Assembly: GCA_021775005.1 (NCBI GenBank)
Contig: JAJFIK010000080.1
Location: 2,014-66,013 of the forward strand
From: Rhodospirillales bacterium
Lineage (GTDB): Bacteria; Pseudomonadota; Alphaproteobacteria; JAJFIK01
Length of the DNA: 64,000 nt
Direction of reading: 5' to 3'
Part shown: positions 48,208 to 57,870 of the stretch, piece by piece
Numbering within the stretch: the first letter of the stretch is position 1
How the letters are laid out: each line of letters starts with the position of its first letter
Program-made: the position numbers and the translations under genes
Notes under the pieces: model-generated
Told to the model about the DNA's origin: nothing
Database searches by the model: none
Seen by the model: the letters and a program-made list of their open reading frames with translations, nothing else

Positions 48208-48333
48208 TTCGCCGCCACCGTTCCTATGCCCCCAATGGTGTCTTCATTGACGCGGGGTGAGGTGAACTCTAGCTTTCGAACACGAAAAACTCGTAAACAA
48301 GTCAAACTAGCAACTTAATGAAAGCCTAACCTT

Positions 48334-49932
48334 ATGACCGCCGCTCCAACCCCGCATGTGCGCGTAGAAGCACTGACCTCAAAGGCCTGGCCCTTCGAGG
48401 AAGCTCGAAAGGTGTTAGCGCGCGTGGAACGGCAAGGCGGTGTTGAGCAGGTCATATTTGAAACTGGATTTGGCCCATCTGGACCGCCTCATATTGGGAC
48501 ATTTGGCGAGGTCGCGCGCACATCAATGGTGCGCCATGCCTTTTCAGTTCTGTCCGACATTCCGACGAAGCTCATCTGTTTCTCAGATGATATGGATGGC
48601 ATGCGCAAAGTGCCCGGCGGTGTGCCCAATCAGGAACTCTTGGCCCAGCATTTGGAACGCTCCTTGACGTCAGTGCCCGACCCTTGGGGCGAGCACGAGA
48701 GTTTTGGCCACCACAACAATGCACGGCTAAAGGCATTTCTCGATCGATTCGGATTTGAATACGAATTTCTAAGCGCCACGGCGTGCTACAAATCTGGGCG
48801 CTTTAATGATGCGCTGCGCCGGGTGCTCGAAGTCTATGACGACGTTATGGACATTGTCTTACCCACATTGGGGGAGGAGCGGCGCCAGACATACAGCCCC
48901 TTTTTGCCGGTGGAGCCTGAATCAGAGCGGGTGCTTCAGGTGCCCGTTATTGATCGCGACCCGGTGCGCGGCACAATTTTGTATCGCGACGAAATGGGGC
49001 GTGAAGTGGAAACCTCGGTGATGAACGGCCATTGCAAGATGCAGTGGAAGGCCGACTGGGCCATGCGCTGGTTTGCCCTTGGTGTTGACTATGAAATGTC
49101 CGGCAAAGACCTTTATGAGTCTGTTAAAATCTCCTCGCGCATCGTCAAAGCTATGGGGGGCAAGGTGCCGGAGGGTTTCAACTATGAACTTTTTCTGGAT
49201 GAGAAAGGCGCACGAATCTCAAAGACCAAAGGCAATGAATCTATTCGCGTGGATGATTGGCTGCGTTATGCGCCCAATGAGAGCCTTGGCTATTACATGT
49301 TTCAAAAACCCAAACAGGCCAAGCGACTTTACTTTGATGTGATCCCCAAAGCGGTAGATGAATACATCACGTTCCTCGCCAAGTATCCTGAGCAAGACGT
49401 GAAAGAACGCCTCGGCAATCCCGTGTGGCATATCCATAATGGGGAGCCGCCGGCAGAGCAGATCCCCGTGAGCTTCAATTTACTGCTCAATCTCGTGAGT
49501 GCGAGCAATGCACAAGACCGGGAGATTCTGTGGGGCTTTATCAATCGGTATGACCCAGACGCCTCAGCTGAGCGGCATCCGATGCTCGACCAGCTGGTGG
49601 GCTATGCGATCAATTATTACCATGACTTTGTTGAACCGGCGAAAACGTTTCGCGCCGCAACGGATATGGAGCGTGCCGCGTTAGAAGATCTGAAAACCCG
49701 TCTAAGCGCCCTTGTAGGCAGCGATGCGGATGGTACGGCGATTCAGAGCGAGGTCTATGCCGTCGGCAAAGCGCATGAGTTTGAGCCCTTGCGTGCCTGG
49801 TTTTCGACCCTTTACGAAACCCTTCTGGGGCAAACCCAAGGGCCGCGCTTTGGGTCCTTCGCTGCGATTTACGGCATTGAGGAAACCATCGCCTTGATCG
49901 ACAAAGCGCTATCCGGTGAGCTGGCAAATTAA
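48334..49932 (+). CDS. lysS: Lysyl-tRNA synthetase, class I
   Basis: AWPFEEA, GPSGPPHIGTFGEV, WKADWAMRW, ISKTKGN, GPRFGSF. Confidence 0.96.
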   Translation: MTAAPTPHVRVEALTSKAWPFEEARKVLARVERQGGVEQVIFETGFGPSGPPHIGTFGEVARTSMVRHAFSVLSDIPTKLICFSDDMDGMRKVPGGVPNQELLAQHLERSLTSVPDPWGEHESFGHHNNARLKAFLDRFGFEYEFLSATACYKSGRFNDALRRVLEVYDDVMDIVLPTLGEERRQTYSPFLPVEPESERVLQVPVIDRDPVRGTILYRDEMGREVETSVMNGHCKMQWKADWAMRWFALGVDYEMSGKDLYESVKISSRIVKAMGGKVPEGFNYELFLDEKGARISKTKGNESIRVDDWLRYAPNESLGYYMFQKPKQAKRLYFDVIPKAVDEYITFLAKYPEQDVKERLGNPVWHIHNGEPPAEQIPVSFNLLLNLVSASNAQDREILWGFINRYDPDASAERHPMLDQLVGYAINYYHDFVEPAKTFRAATDMERAALEDLKTRLSALVGSDADGTAIQSEVYAVGKAHEFEPLRAWFSTLYETLLGQTQGPRFGSFAAIYGIEETIALIDKALSGELAN

Positions 49933-49933
49933 G

Positions 49934-50569
49934 TTATTGGCTTGCCCAAAGGATGCGCGCAATCCACGCCACGTCAGACATGGCGAGGCTGCGATTTTCA
50001 AATTCGGGATTGAGCGATAGCAATTCAATACGCCGCGCGGTTTGTCTGACCAATACTTTGGCCATGACTTCACCCTCATTTGTTTTGAGCACCACGCGGT
50101 CGCCGCGTCGCACACTTGCCTGGGGCGAAACAATGATGATGTCACCGTCGCGATAAAGTGGCTGCATAGAATCGCCGCTGATCTCCAATGCATAAGCGTT
50201 TTCGTCGCCAATCTCGGGAAACGCCACTTCATCCCAACCAGTCCCGGCAGGAAAACCGCCATCATCGAAAAAACCGTTGTCGCCGGCTTGGGCAAATCCG
50301 ATGAGAGGCACATATTTTCGGATGAACCTTTGCCCTGCGCCGCGGTCCATCAGACTGACAAAGGTATCCATGGAGATCCCCGTGGCCTCCAATATCTTTG
50401 CGATGCTTTCAGTTGAGGGCCAGCGCAATTTGCCGTTTGCACCTTGCCGCTTGGAGCGGTTAAAGGTGGTGGGGTCCAGTCCTGATTGGCGGGCCAATCC
50501 AGACGGCGAAAGCCCTCGTTGATCGGCAAGCCGGTCGATGGCACTCCATATTTGTTTGTGGGTCAGCAT
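49934..50569 (-). CDS. XRE/LexA-like repressor with S24 peptidase domain (RogA-like)
   Basis: IWSAIDRLA...GLSPSGLA...GLDPTTFN.SKR, RWPSTESI, AQAG, GDSM.P.Y, catalytic K. Confidence 0.9.
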   Translation of the reverse strand: MLTHKQIWSAIDRLADQRGLSPSGLARQSGLDPTTFNRSKRQGANGKLRWPSTESIAKILEATGISMDTFVSLMDRGAGQRFIRKYVPLIGFAQAGDNGFFDDGGFPAGTGWDEVAFPEIGDENAYALEISGDSMQPLYRDGDIIIVSPQASVRRGDRVVLKTNEGEVMAKVLVRQTARRIELLSLNPEFENRSLAMSDVAWIARILWASQ

Positions 50570-50611
50570 CTTATATGGTCACCGCCCGGTTTGCGGCAGA
50601 ATCGGCTTTCG

Positions 50612-50627
50612 TTCCTATGGATAGGAA
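50612..50627. promoter_or_regulatory. Perfect inverted repeat, candidate repressor operator
   Basis: TTCCTAT-GG-ATAGGAA in the divergent repressor/DUF952 intergenic region. Confidence 0.5.
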
Positions 50628-50688
50628 TTATACCTTATCGCCGCCTTGGGTCCAGCCGCAAGGCCCAGTGGCGAACCGGAGGCAAAGA

Positions 50689-51048
50689 GTGGCGAAATCT
50701 GGGGCGATTTATAAGGTTTGTAGGGGGTCTGAATGGGCTGAGGTGACGGTCGCTGGGCTCTGGCAAGGGGCCGCCGTTGATCGGGCGGATGGATTTATCC
50801 ACTTTTCTACCGCCGTTCAGGTGCCGGAAACCGTTGCCCGCCATTTCGCCGGCCTACCCAATTTGGTCTTGGTGGAATTTGCAGCGGCAGCCCTTGGAGC
50901 CGCGCTAAAGTGGGAGCCCTCTCGCGGCGGGGATTTGTTTCCTCATCTTTATGGCCCCCTAGACCCCGCCCTGGCGACGCAAACTTGGGCGCTGCCCATG
51001 GGTAGCGATGGTGTCCATATTTATCCAGAAGGCTTGAAGTTTGACTGA
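50689..51048 (+). CDS. DUF952 family protein
   Basis: IYKV, DRADGFIHFS, LKWEPSRGGDLFPHLYG. Confidence 0.9.
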   Translation: MAKSGAIYKVCRGSEWAEVTVAGLWQGAAVDRADGFIHFSTAVQVPETVARHFAGLPNLVLVEFAAAALGAALKWEPSRGGDLFPHLYGPLDPALATQTWALPMGSDGVHIYPEGLKFD

Positions 51049-52099
51049 CCTTTTTCCCCTCGCGCGACCATTGTTCCAAAGTATCGATCCTGAGAAGGCT
51101 CACGATTTGACACTTGTCTCATTACGCATGGGATTAGGCGGCGTCGATAAAACGCCTGATGATCCGGTTCTCGCCACTGCCGCGTTGGGACTTTCATTTT
51201 CAAACCCCCTTGGCATTGCCGCGGGCTTCGACAAGAACGCAGCTGTCCCTGTTGCTATGCACGGGCTTGGTCTTGGGTTTGCTGAGGTCGGCTCCATCAC
51301 GCCGCGTGCCCAACGAGGCAATCCGCGACCGCGGGTGTTTCGCCTCAAGAAAGACAAGGCTGTGATCAATCGGCTTGGCTTCAATAATCGCGGGCTAAAT
51401 GTAGCGGAATTGCGCCTTGCGTCTTTGCCTGCCAAGCGGCGTGTGGTTGGGGTCAACCTCGGCGCCAACAAGGCCTCCAAAGATCGAATTGCGGACTACG
51501 AGACTGGCCTTAAGCGCCTTTACGCCTATGGCGATTACTTTGCCGTCAATATCTCGTCCCCCAACACGCCGGGGCTTCGGGACTTGCAAGGCAAAGCGGC
51601 GCTTGAGGATTTGCTTGGACGTCTTAACGCCGTGCGCGACGGCATGAGCGGCCCGCGCAAACCTCTGTTGCTCAAAGTGGCACCGGATCTTAATGCCAAA
51701 GACATTCAGGACATCGCCGACGCGGTGCTCGCCGGCGGCATTGAAGGGATGATCGTCTCCAACACCACATTGGCGCGACCTGATGATCTGAAATCATCAC
51801 GCCGGGATGAAGCGGGCGGCCTTTCCGGTGTGCCGCTTTATGAGCCGTCGACAAAAGTGCTTGCTGCATTTCGGCGCATTATGGGCACGAAACTAACCTT
51901 GATCGGCGTTGGCGGCGTACATGATGGGCGCACCGCTTACGGCAAGATCCAAGCCGGCGCGAGCTTGGTACAACTTTACTCGGCACTGACTTATGGGGGC
52001 CCCCCGCTCATCCGCCACATCAAGCAAGAGCTGGCGGACCTTTTGAAAGCCGACGGCCATGCCCATGTGGCCGATGCCGTTGGCACCAAACTGCCATGA
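51041..52099 (+). CDS. pyrD: Dihydroorotate dehydrogenase (quinone)
   Basis: AAGFDKN, INRLGFNN, NISSPNTPGLR, LKVAPD, GGLSG. Confidence 0.96.
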   Translation: MTDLFPLARPLFQSIDPEKAHDLTLVSLRMGLGGVDKTPDDPVLATAALGLSFSNPLGIAAGFDKNAAVPVAMHGLGLGFAEVGSITPRAQRGNPRPRVFRLKKDKAVINRLGFNNRGLNVAELRLASLPAKRRVVGVNLGANKASKDRIADYETGLKRLYAYGDYFAVNISSPNTPGLRDLQGKAALEDLLGRLNAVRDGMSGPRKPLLLKVAPDLNAKDIQDIADAVLAGGIEGMIVSNTTLARPDDLKSSRRDEAGGLSGVPLYEPSTKVLAAFRRIMGTKLTLIGVGGVHDGRTAYGKIQAGASLVQLYSALTYGGPPLIRHIKQELADLLKADGHAHVADAVGTKLP

Positions 52100-52109
52100 G
52101 GAGCATCAA

Positions 52110-52457
52110 GTGACAGCTACAATCTATCACAACCCCCGCTGTTCAAAGTCCCGCGCAACGTTGGCGCTGCTTGAGGACCGCGGGCTGCAACCTGTCGTCA
52201 TAGACTATCTCAAGACGCCGCCATCTGCGGCAGAGCTCGACCGTATTTTATCGCTGCTCCATATGGAGCCCCTTGAATTGATGCGCAAAGGCGAAGAGGC
52301 GTTCAAGGCGCTCGGTTTGGATGATGGCACAAAATCACGCGATGATTTGATCCAGGCCATGGTGGACAATCCTGCGCTTATTGAACGCCCTATCGTTGTG
52401 CACGGGGCCAAGGCCGCCATCGGTCGTCCGCCGGAATCAGTTTTGGGTATTTTCTAA
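52110..52457 (+). CDS. arsC: Arsenate reductase (glutaredoxin)/ArsC family
   Basis: IYHNPRCSKSR, LIERPIV, IGRPPE. Confidence 0.92.
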   Translation: MTATIYHNPRCSKSRATLALLEDRGLQPVVIDYLKTPPSAAELDRILSLLHMEPLELMRKGEEAFKALGLDDGTKSRDDLIQAMVDNPALIERPIVVHGAKAAIGRPPESVLGIF

Positions 52458-53779
52458 AATTGTAATGCGGCTTTGCGGGCAAGCACAGGATAGGCGAGCC
52501 CCATAGTGAGCCCCCGCGCGGCGAGGAAGATCACAAAAGCAGTCCAGAGGCCGTAATTGGCAAAGGGCGGTGTCAGCACCCACCAGGCGAAAACGAATAT
52601 GGCGAAAGACAAGGCCATGGCATTGCGCATGGCCGCCGTCCACGTGGCTCCAATAAAAATGCCGTCGAACTGAAACGCCCAAACCCCGATTATGGGGTAG
52701 ATCACGGCAAACCAGAACACGGCCGTTGCAGCGCCTCGCACACTCGGGTCTGTGCTTAACCCGGCGATTGCTAAGGGCCCCAGCAGAAATGTTGCGACTG
52801 CCAAAAGCACAGCGGTTCCCAATGCCCACTCAGTTGACTTGCGTACTGCTTGGCGCAGGCGTTCAGTATTCTTTGCGCCCACGGCTTCCCCAACAAGGGC
52901 CTCAACGGCAAAGGCAAAGCCATCGAGGAAGAAAGCACCGAAGCCAATGAACTGCAGCAAAATATGATTGGCGGCCAATGTGATATCGCCAAGGCGGGCA
53001 CTCTCCCATTGGAACAAAGCAAAGCCCCCGAGGAGCGCCAAAGTGCGCAGGAATATGTCGCGATTGACCGCGATCATACGCAACAGCGGCGCAGGGTCGC
53101 GCAGGCGTTCCCATTCAAACCGCCAGCCGCAACGATGGAGCTTGCGCCAGATCAATAAAGCGGCGGTAAACGCCATGACCCACTCAGCAATAACAGTGCC
53201 CCACGCAACCCCCGCAACGCCCCAATCAAACCCGGCCACAAACAAAACATCGAGCCCCACATTGAGACCGTTGAGTAGCAGTTGCAGCACAAGAACGTAA
53301 CTTGAGCGTTTAAGTCCGATGAACCAGCCCAAACACGAAAAGCCAAATAGCGCCGCCGGTGCCCCCCAGATGCGGATGAGGAAATACGTCTTTGCGGCTT
53401 CTTCAACCGCCGCGCTGCCCTGGAACACCAATGTGATCAGGGCGGCTAGGGGGACTTGCAGCACGAGAAGGCAAAGCGAGATGGCGCCGGCCATCAACGC
53501 GGCGCGGCCGAAGGTGGCGGTAATCTCACCCACATCATCTGCGCCAAGCGCTTGGGCGGTAAGGCCCGTTGTGCCCATGCGCAGAAACCCAAAGCCCCAA
53601 TAAATAATATTGAAAAGAAGCGCACCGATAGCCAAGCCACCGAGGCCCGTGGTGGTGTCAAAATTTCCAATGACCGCAGTGTCGGCAATGCCGAGCAGCG
53701 GTACCGCCGCATTGGCCAATATGATGGGCCAAGCGATGCGAAAAACATGGCCGTGCGTGATGGGGGGTGGGCTCGTCAT
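52454..53779 (-). CDS. MATE efflux protein (DinF-like)
   Basis: PLLGIADTAVIG, FGFLRMGTTG, NRDIFLRT, DGIFIG. Confidence 0.92.
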   Translation of the reverse strand: MTSPPPITHGHVFRIAWPIILANAAVPLLGIADTAVIGNFDTTTGLGGLAIGALLFNIIYWGFGFLRMGTTGLTAQALGADDVGEITATFGRAALMAGAISLCLLVLQVPLAALITLVFQGSAAVEEAAKTYFLIRIWGAPAALFGFSCLGWFIGLKRSSYVLVLQLLLNGLNVGLDVLFVAGFDWGVAGVAWGTVIAEWVMAFTAALLIWRKLHRCGWRFEWERLRDPAPLLRMIAVNRDIFLRTLALLGGFALFQWESARLGDITLAANHILLQFIGFGAFFLDGFAFAVEALVGEAVGAKNTERLRQAVRKSTEWALGTAVLLAVATFLLGPLAIAGLSTDPSVRGAATAVFWFAVIYPIIGVWAFQFDGIFIGATWTAAMRNAMALSFAIFVFAWWVLTPPFANYGLWTAFVIFLAARGLTMGLAYPVLARKAALQF

Positions 53780-53812
53780 CTGGCGCGTCGCCTATTGGGA
53801 GAGAGCCGCAAT

Positions 53813-54265
53813 TTAGCCGCCCGCGGCGTCGCGCCGAGCCAGCAGAAAGTGCCCCTGCAGCGTCGCGATGGGCCGGGTTTTGTCGGCCTGCCAGGCTTCC
53901 GCATGCACGTTGGCAACGCGCCGCCCTTGCTTGGTGATGACAGCGCGCGCGTAGGTATTCACCGGCTTGGCAGAGCGTAAGTAGTCAATGCTGATGTTGA
54001 TGGGCTTGGGCAAATGGTCCGCCTCGATGTCGCAAATGAGCTGAAGGATGGCGACAGTTTCAAGAAACGCACTCACCACACCGCCATGGAGCGCGGGCAG
54101 GGAGGGATTGCCAATGAGCATATCCTTAAATGGCAGCTTGCATGTGAGTTCACCGCCCGCCATTTGAACTTCCACGCCAATAAACTTGGCGTAAGGAATC
54201 TGATCTGCAAAACTTTGTAATGAGCTTTGGTCTAGCTTGCTCAGAAGGCCAGTGGGCGCGCTCAT
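53813..54265 (-). CDS. PaaI family thioesterase
   Basis: IGNP.LPALHGG, IDYLRS, GRRVANV. Confidence 0.9.
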   Translation of the reverse strand: MSAPTGLLSKLDQSSLQSFADQIPYAKFIGVEVQMAGGELTCKLPFKDMLIGNPSLPALHGGVVSAFLETVAILQLICDIEADHLPKPINISIDYLRSAKPVNTYARAVITKQGRRVANVHAEAWQADKTRPIATLQGHFLLARRDAAGG

Positions 54266-54753
54266 AATTTGGCCTCGCTCAAATTCGCGCCGGGTTTGCG
54301 GGTGCCGTCAGACCCCATCATAAAAGCCCCGGCAGAGGTGGCAATGGGGTCCTCGATATCATCATCATAAGCAACGCCGCGGACGAATGCGACATTGCGC
54401 GTAAGTTTGTAGCAATGGGCGTGGCCCGTGATGTCTTTGCCCGGCGTCGCGGCGCGCATGTAGTCAATGCGTAGGTCTAGTGTTGCGATGGAGGTGAGCT
54501 CCTCGATGGCGCAAAACACCGCCACACCGGAAACATTATCAAGCAGCGTTGTAACCGCCCCGCCATGGACCACCCCGGTTTCCGGATTGCCAATGATCTG
54601 TTCGTTGTAGGGCAGTTTCACCACCGCATTGGCGTAGAAAATATCCACGAGCTCCAACCCCAGCGCCTTGGCATGAGGGATAGCATCAAGGAGCAGATCG
54701 CGGTGGGCGCCCAAAAGATCAAGCAGCGGGGGCATGCGGGTTTCGTCAGTCAT
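54262..54753 (-). CDS. PaaI family thioesterase
   Basis: GNPETGVVHGG, ATLDLRIDY, VAFVR. Confidence 0.9.
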   Translation of the reverse strand: MTDETRMPPLLDLLGAHRDLLLDAIPHAKALGLELVDIFYANAVVKLPYNEQIIGNPETGVVHGGAVTTLLDNVSGVAVFCAIEELTSIATLDLRIDYMRAATPGKDITGHAHCYKLTRNVAFVRGVAYDDDIEDPIATSAGAFMMGSDGTRKPGANLSEAKL

Positions 54754-54805
54754 TTCCTGAGTAAGCGGTGCTGCCTATGGCCTGTCAACGGTCCCCTCAG
54801 GGAAA

Positions 54806-54855
54806 GACAGCTTGTCAGTTAATAAAATTGACGCATCGTCACCTTTCTCTAAACT
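54806..54855. promoter_or_regulatory. Two TetR-type palindromes overlapping a sigma70-like promoter
   Basis: GACA-GCT-TGTC (54806) and TGACG-CAT-CGTCA (54829); TTGACG-N16-TAAACT. Confidence 0.55.
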
Positions 54856-54885
54856 ACCGCGCAAGACTCAGATACACGGACGATA

Positions 54886-55512
54886 ATGACCCAGCTTGAA
54901 GCACAAGACCCAGCGCGTCTGGGCAAACGCGAAAAGACCAAGGCAGCGAACCAGCAGGCCATCTTGGATGCCGCGCGCAAAGTTTTTGCCGAGCTTGGCT
55001 ATGGCGCAACCACCGTGCGTGACATCATCCGCGGCACGGGCCTCGCCAGCGGCACGTTCTACAATTATTTCAAATCAAAAGAAGAAGTCTTTCAGGCGTT
55101 GATGGATGAGAGCGCGTTGCGCGTGCGACCAGCTTTGATCCAGGAGCGCTTGAAGGCCACCACCTTTGAAGAATTTCTGCGCGGTATGTTTCTTGTCTTT
55201 TTCTCTTATGTGGTGGACGACAATCGCGCTTACACGATGATGCGCGCAAACTCTGGGCAAATCCGGGTGCGCATGGATACGCCGGAAGTTATTGCGGGGT
55301 TTGACGAACTTCGCGTCGATATTGACGACGGTATTGAGCGCGGTGTGGTTCCCAATGTGGACCCTGAGTACCTTACAGCCGCGCTTATCGGCATTGCCTT
55401 TGAGATGGCTGACCGCATGGTGCAGCGGGATGATCCGGACCCCATCGCGGCGGCCGATTTCGCCACCGCGCTTGTGGTCGGCGGAATCGACTTGGTGCCT
55501 CACAAGAAATGA
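54886..55512 (+). CDS. TetR/AcrR family regulator
   Basis: ILDAAR.VF...GY..TTVRDI...TGLASGTFYNYFKSKE. Confidence 0.93.
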   Translation: MTQLEAQDPARLGKREKTKAANQQAILDAARKVFAELGYGATTVRDIIRGTGLASGTFYNYFKSKEEVFQALMDESALRVRPALIQERLKATTFEEFLRGMFLVFFSYVVDDNRAYTMMRANSGQIRVRMDTPEVIAGFDELRVDIDDGIERGVVPNVDPEYLTAALIGIAFEMADRMVQRDDPDPIAAADFATALVVGGIDLVPHKK

Positions 55513-56513
55513 CGGGCAGAACGAAGGCATTTGTGGTCCGTGAACTAACGGACGATCTTTCCGGTTGCGCCATTGACGCCGTGGAGCTGGGTGATCCAGG
55601 CCCGGGCGAAGTGCAGGTTGCTATGCGCGCCGTTGCCATCGGCTTTCCTGACCTGCTTATGACGCGCGGTGGTTATCAGCTAAAGCCGCCACTTCCCTAT
55701 GTGCCGGGCATGGAAGGGGCGGGGGATGTCATCGCCTGCGGTGCGGGCGTTGAGGGCATCAATGAAGGGGATCAGGTCATGTTCGGTGGGCTCGGGGGTC
55801 CTGGCCTTTTGGCTGAACGCGCTAACGTTCCCGCCGCCAACGTGCGCTCTCTGCCGGAGCAATTTAGCTACGCCCAAGGAGCCGCCTTCGTCGCAGCTTA
55901 TCTCACCGCTTATGTGGGCCTCGTGCGCGGGGCGGGCGGCATCGCCTTTCGCGAAACCCTGTTGGTGCATGGCGCCGCAGGGGGTGTGGGTCTTGCCGCC
56001 GTGGAACTTGGTAAGCACTTGGGCGCACGGGTGATCGCCACTGCGTCCACGCCGGAAAAACGCGCGCTCGCTACGGCCAAGGGTGCGGACCTGGTGCTTG
56101 ACCCCGCCGAGGGCTTTCGCGAAAAAGTCAAAGCACTCACCGATGGGCGCGGCGCCGATGTGATCTTTGATCCTGTGGGTGGCGACATTTTTGACGAGAG
56201 TCTTCGTTGCATAGCTTGGGGCGGCAGGTTTCTCGTCATTGGTTTTGCCAGCGGCCGCATCGGGCAGGTGGCCGCGAACATTCCCCTCATCAAAGGGTTT
56301 TCACTCATCGGCGTGCGCGCAGGGGAATACGGTCGCCGCGACCCGGCGAAAGGGGCAGAAAATATTTCAGCGCTCATGGAACTTGCCCGCCATGGCCACC
56401 TTAAGCCCCATATTGGGGCGGCGTTTGATCTTGATGACGCGCGCCAGGCGTTTCAGCTGTTGGCGGATCGTGGCGCCCTGGGGCGCATTGTGGTGCAAAT
56501 GGGCGCGGCTTAG
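55509..56513 (+). CDS. NADPH:quinone oxidoreductase (MDR family)
   Basis: G.YQ.KP..P..PG.E.AG, HGAAGGVG, DPVGG, IGFASG. Confidence 0.92.
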   Translation: MTGRTKAFVVRELTDDLSGCAIDAVELGDPGPGEVQVAMRAVAIGFPDLLMTRGGYQLKPPLPYVPGMEGAGDVIACGAGVEGINEGDQVMFGGLGGPGLLAERANVPAANVRSLPEQFSYAQGAAFVAAYLTAYVGLVRGAGGIAFRETLLVHGAAGGVGLAAVELGKHLGARVIATASTPEKRALATAKGADLVLDPAEGFREKVKALTDGRGADVIFDPVGGDIFDESLRCIAWGGRFLVIGFASGRIGQVAANIPLIKGFSLIGVRAGEYGRRDPAKGAENISALMELARHGHLKPHIGAAFDLDDARQAFQLLADRGALGRIVVQMGAA

Positions 56514-56974
56514 AGCGCGAGCTCCATATAGACAACATCGTCGAGGGGATTGTCGTAATAGGCAGGAATTTCTCCAAACCCGAGGCTTTTGTACAGCGTG
56601 ACCGCGGGCGTCATCGATCTGAGCGTATCAAGCCGCATGGCGCGATAGCCGCGTGCGCGCGCTTCTTCAATCAAGCGTAAAGACAAGTCCCGGCCAAGCC
56701 CCTTGCCCTTCATCACGTCCTGCACATAAAGCCGCTTCATCTCGCAATAGCCGTCGCCCATATCTTTCAGCGCACAGGCACCAACAGGCGCGCCATGGTG
56801 CTTTGCAATAAGTAAGAAGTCATAGCGCGAAGGCCAGGTCGCCAGCTCCTCATCAAAGGCCTGGAAGTGAAGGTCATGACCCAACCAGTTGGCGTATTCA
56901 ATGAAGAGATCCTTGACGGCAGCCACATCTTCCTTTGTCTCAGCGATGTGAATATCAGCAGCCGCCGAGCTCAT
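56510..56974 (-). CDS. GNAT family N-acetyltransferase
   Basis: CEMKRLYV...GKGLG, MRLDTL, A..LY..LGF. Confidence 0.9.
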   Translation of the reverse strand: MSSAAADIHIAETKEDVAAVKDLFIEYANWLGHDLHFQAFDEELATWPSRYDFLLIAKHHGAPVGACALKDMGDGYCEMKRLYVQDVMKGKGLGRDLSLRLIEEARARGYRAMRLDTLRSMTPAVTLYKSLGFGEIPAYYDNPLDDVVYMELAL

Positions 56975-57855
56975 ACTGTGCGCGCCGCCTTGTCTTTTTC
57001 ATTGGCGCCGCGAATGGCGTTGCGGGCAGCTTCCCACATCTCATCAGTCCAGGTGTGCAAGTTGTAGAAGTTCCCCCCGGTGGCCTGATACATGGCGCCA
57101 TCAATGGCGATGGTCTGCCCGGTCAGATACTCGCAGCCATCGGCCATCAGGAAGGTGGCGAGATTGGCAAGCTCCGCCATGTCGCCCACGCGGCCCATGG
57201 GGTTGGTGGCAAAGCGATCCTCTTCCATGCCCTCATTCGTGCTTTCAGGGTTGAGCCGGTCCCACGCGCCTTTGGTGGGGAAGGGGCCGGGGCAGATGGC
57301 ATTGATGCGAATGCCGTAATGGCCCCATTCAGCGGCAAGGGAGTCCGTCATGGCTTTCACCCCGGTTTTTGACATGGCAGATGGCACCACATAGGGCGAG
57401 CCGTTCCACACCCACGTAGTCAAAATGGAAATGATGCTGCCTTTGCGGCCAGCGGCGATCCAGCGCTTGCCCACCGCATGGGTCATGTAAAACGTACCGT
57501 GGAAGGCAATGGATGCGATGGCATCAAAGCCGCGCGGGGACAGGTCTTCCGTGCGGGAGATGAAGTTGCCTGCAGCGTTATTGACGAGGCCATCCAGGGG
57601 GCCTTCGTCGAAGATGGATTGCACCAGCTCCTCCACCGCGCCCGCATTGCGAATGTCGCAGGCCCGCGCTGTGACCTTGCCGCCATGGGCCGCCATCATC
57701 TCGCCCGCGGCTTCCTCCAGCACCGCGCCCCGCCGCCCGCAGATGTAGATCTCTGCGCCGAGCTTCAGGTATTCTTCCGCCATCACGCGGCCAAGGCCGG
57801 TGCCGCCGCCGGTGACGAGTATTCGTTTTCCTTTGAGCAGTCCGTCCTTGAACAT
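56971..57855 (-). CDS. SDR oxidoreductase (2,4-dienoyl-CoA reductase-like)
   Basis: TGGGTGLG, NNAAGNF, PSAMSK, EWG.YGIR.NAI.PGP. Confidence 0.9.
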   Translation of the reverse strand: MFKDGLLKGKRILVTGGGTGLGRVMAEEYLKLGAEIYICGRRGAVLEEAAGEMMAAHGGKVTARACDIRNAGAVEELVQSIFDEGPLDGLVNNAAGNFISRTEDLSPRGFDAIASIAFHGTFYMTHAVGKRWIAAGRKGSIISILTTWVWNGSPYVVPSAMSKTGVKAMTDSLAAEWGHYGIRINAICPGPFPTKGAWDRLNPESTNEGMEEDRFATNPMGRVGDMAELANLATFLMADGCEYLTGQTIAIDGAMYQATGGNFYNLHTWTDEMWEAARNAIRGANEKDKAARTV

Positions 57856-57870
57856 GTGATGTCTCCGCGC

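Noticed and set aside
48334..49932. Class I LysRS as a sign of archaeal transfer
   Set aside because: Class I LysRS is normal in many Alphaproteobacteria
42616..52457. terB and arsC as a metal-resistance island
   Set aside because: Both are lone genes in conserved housekeeping context (dinG/lysS; DUF952-pyrD-MATE), with no ars or ter operon partners
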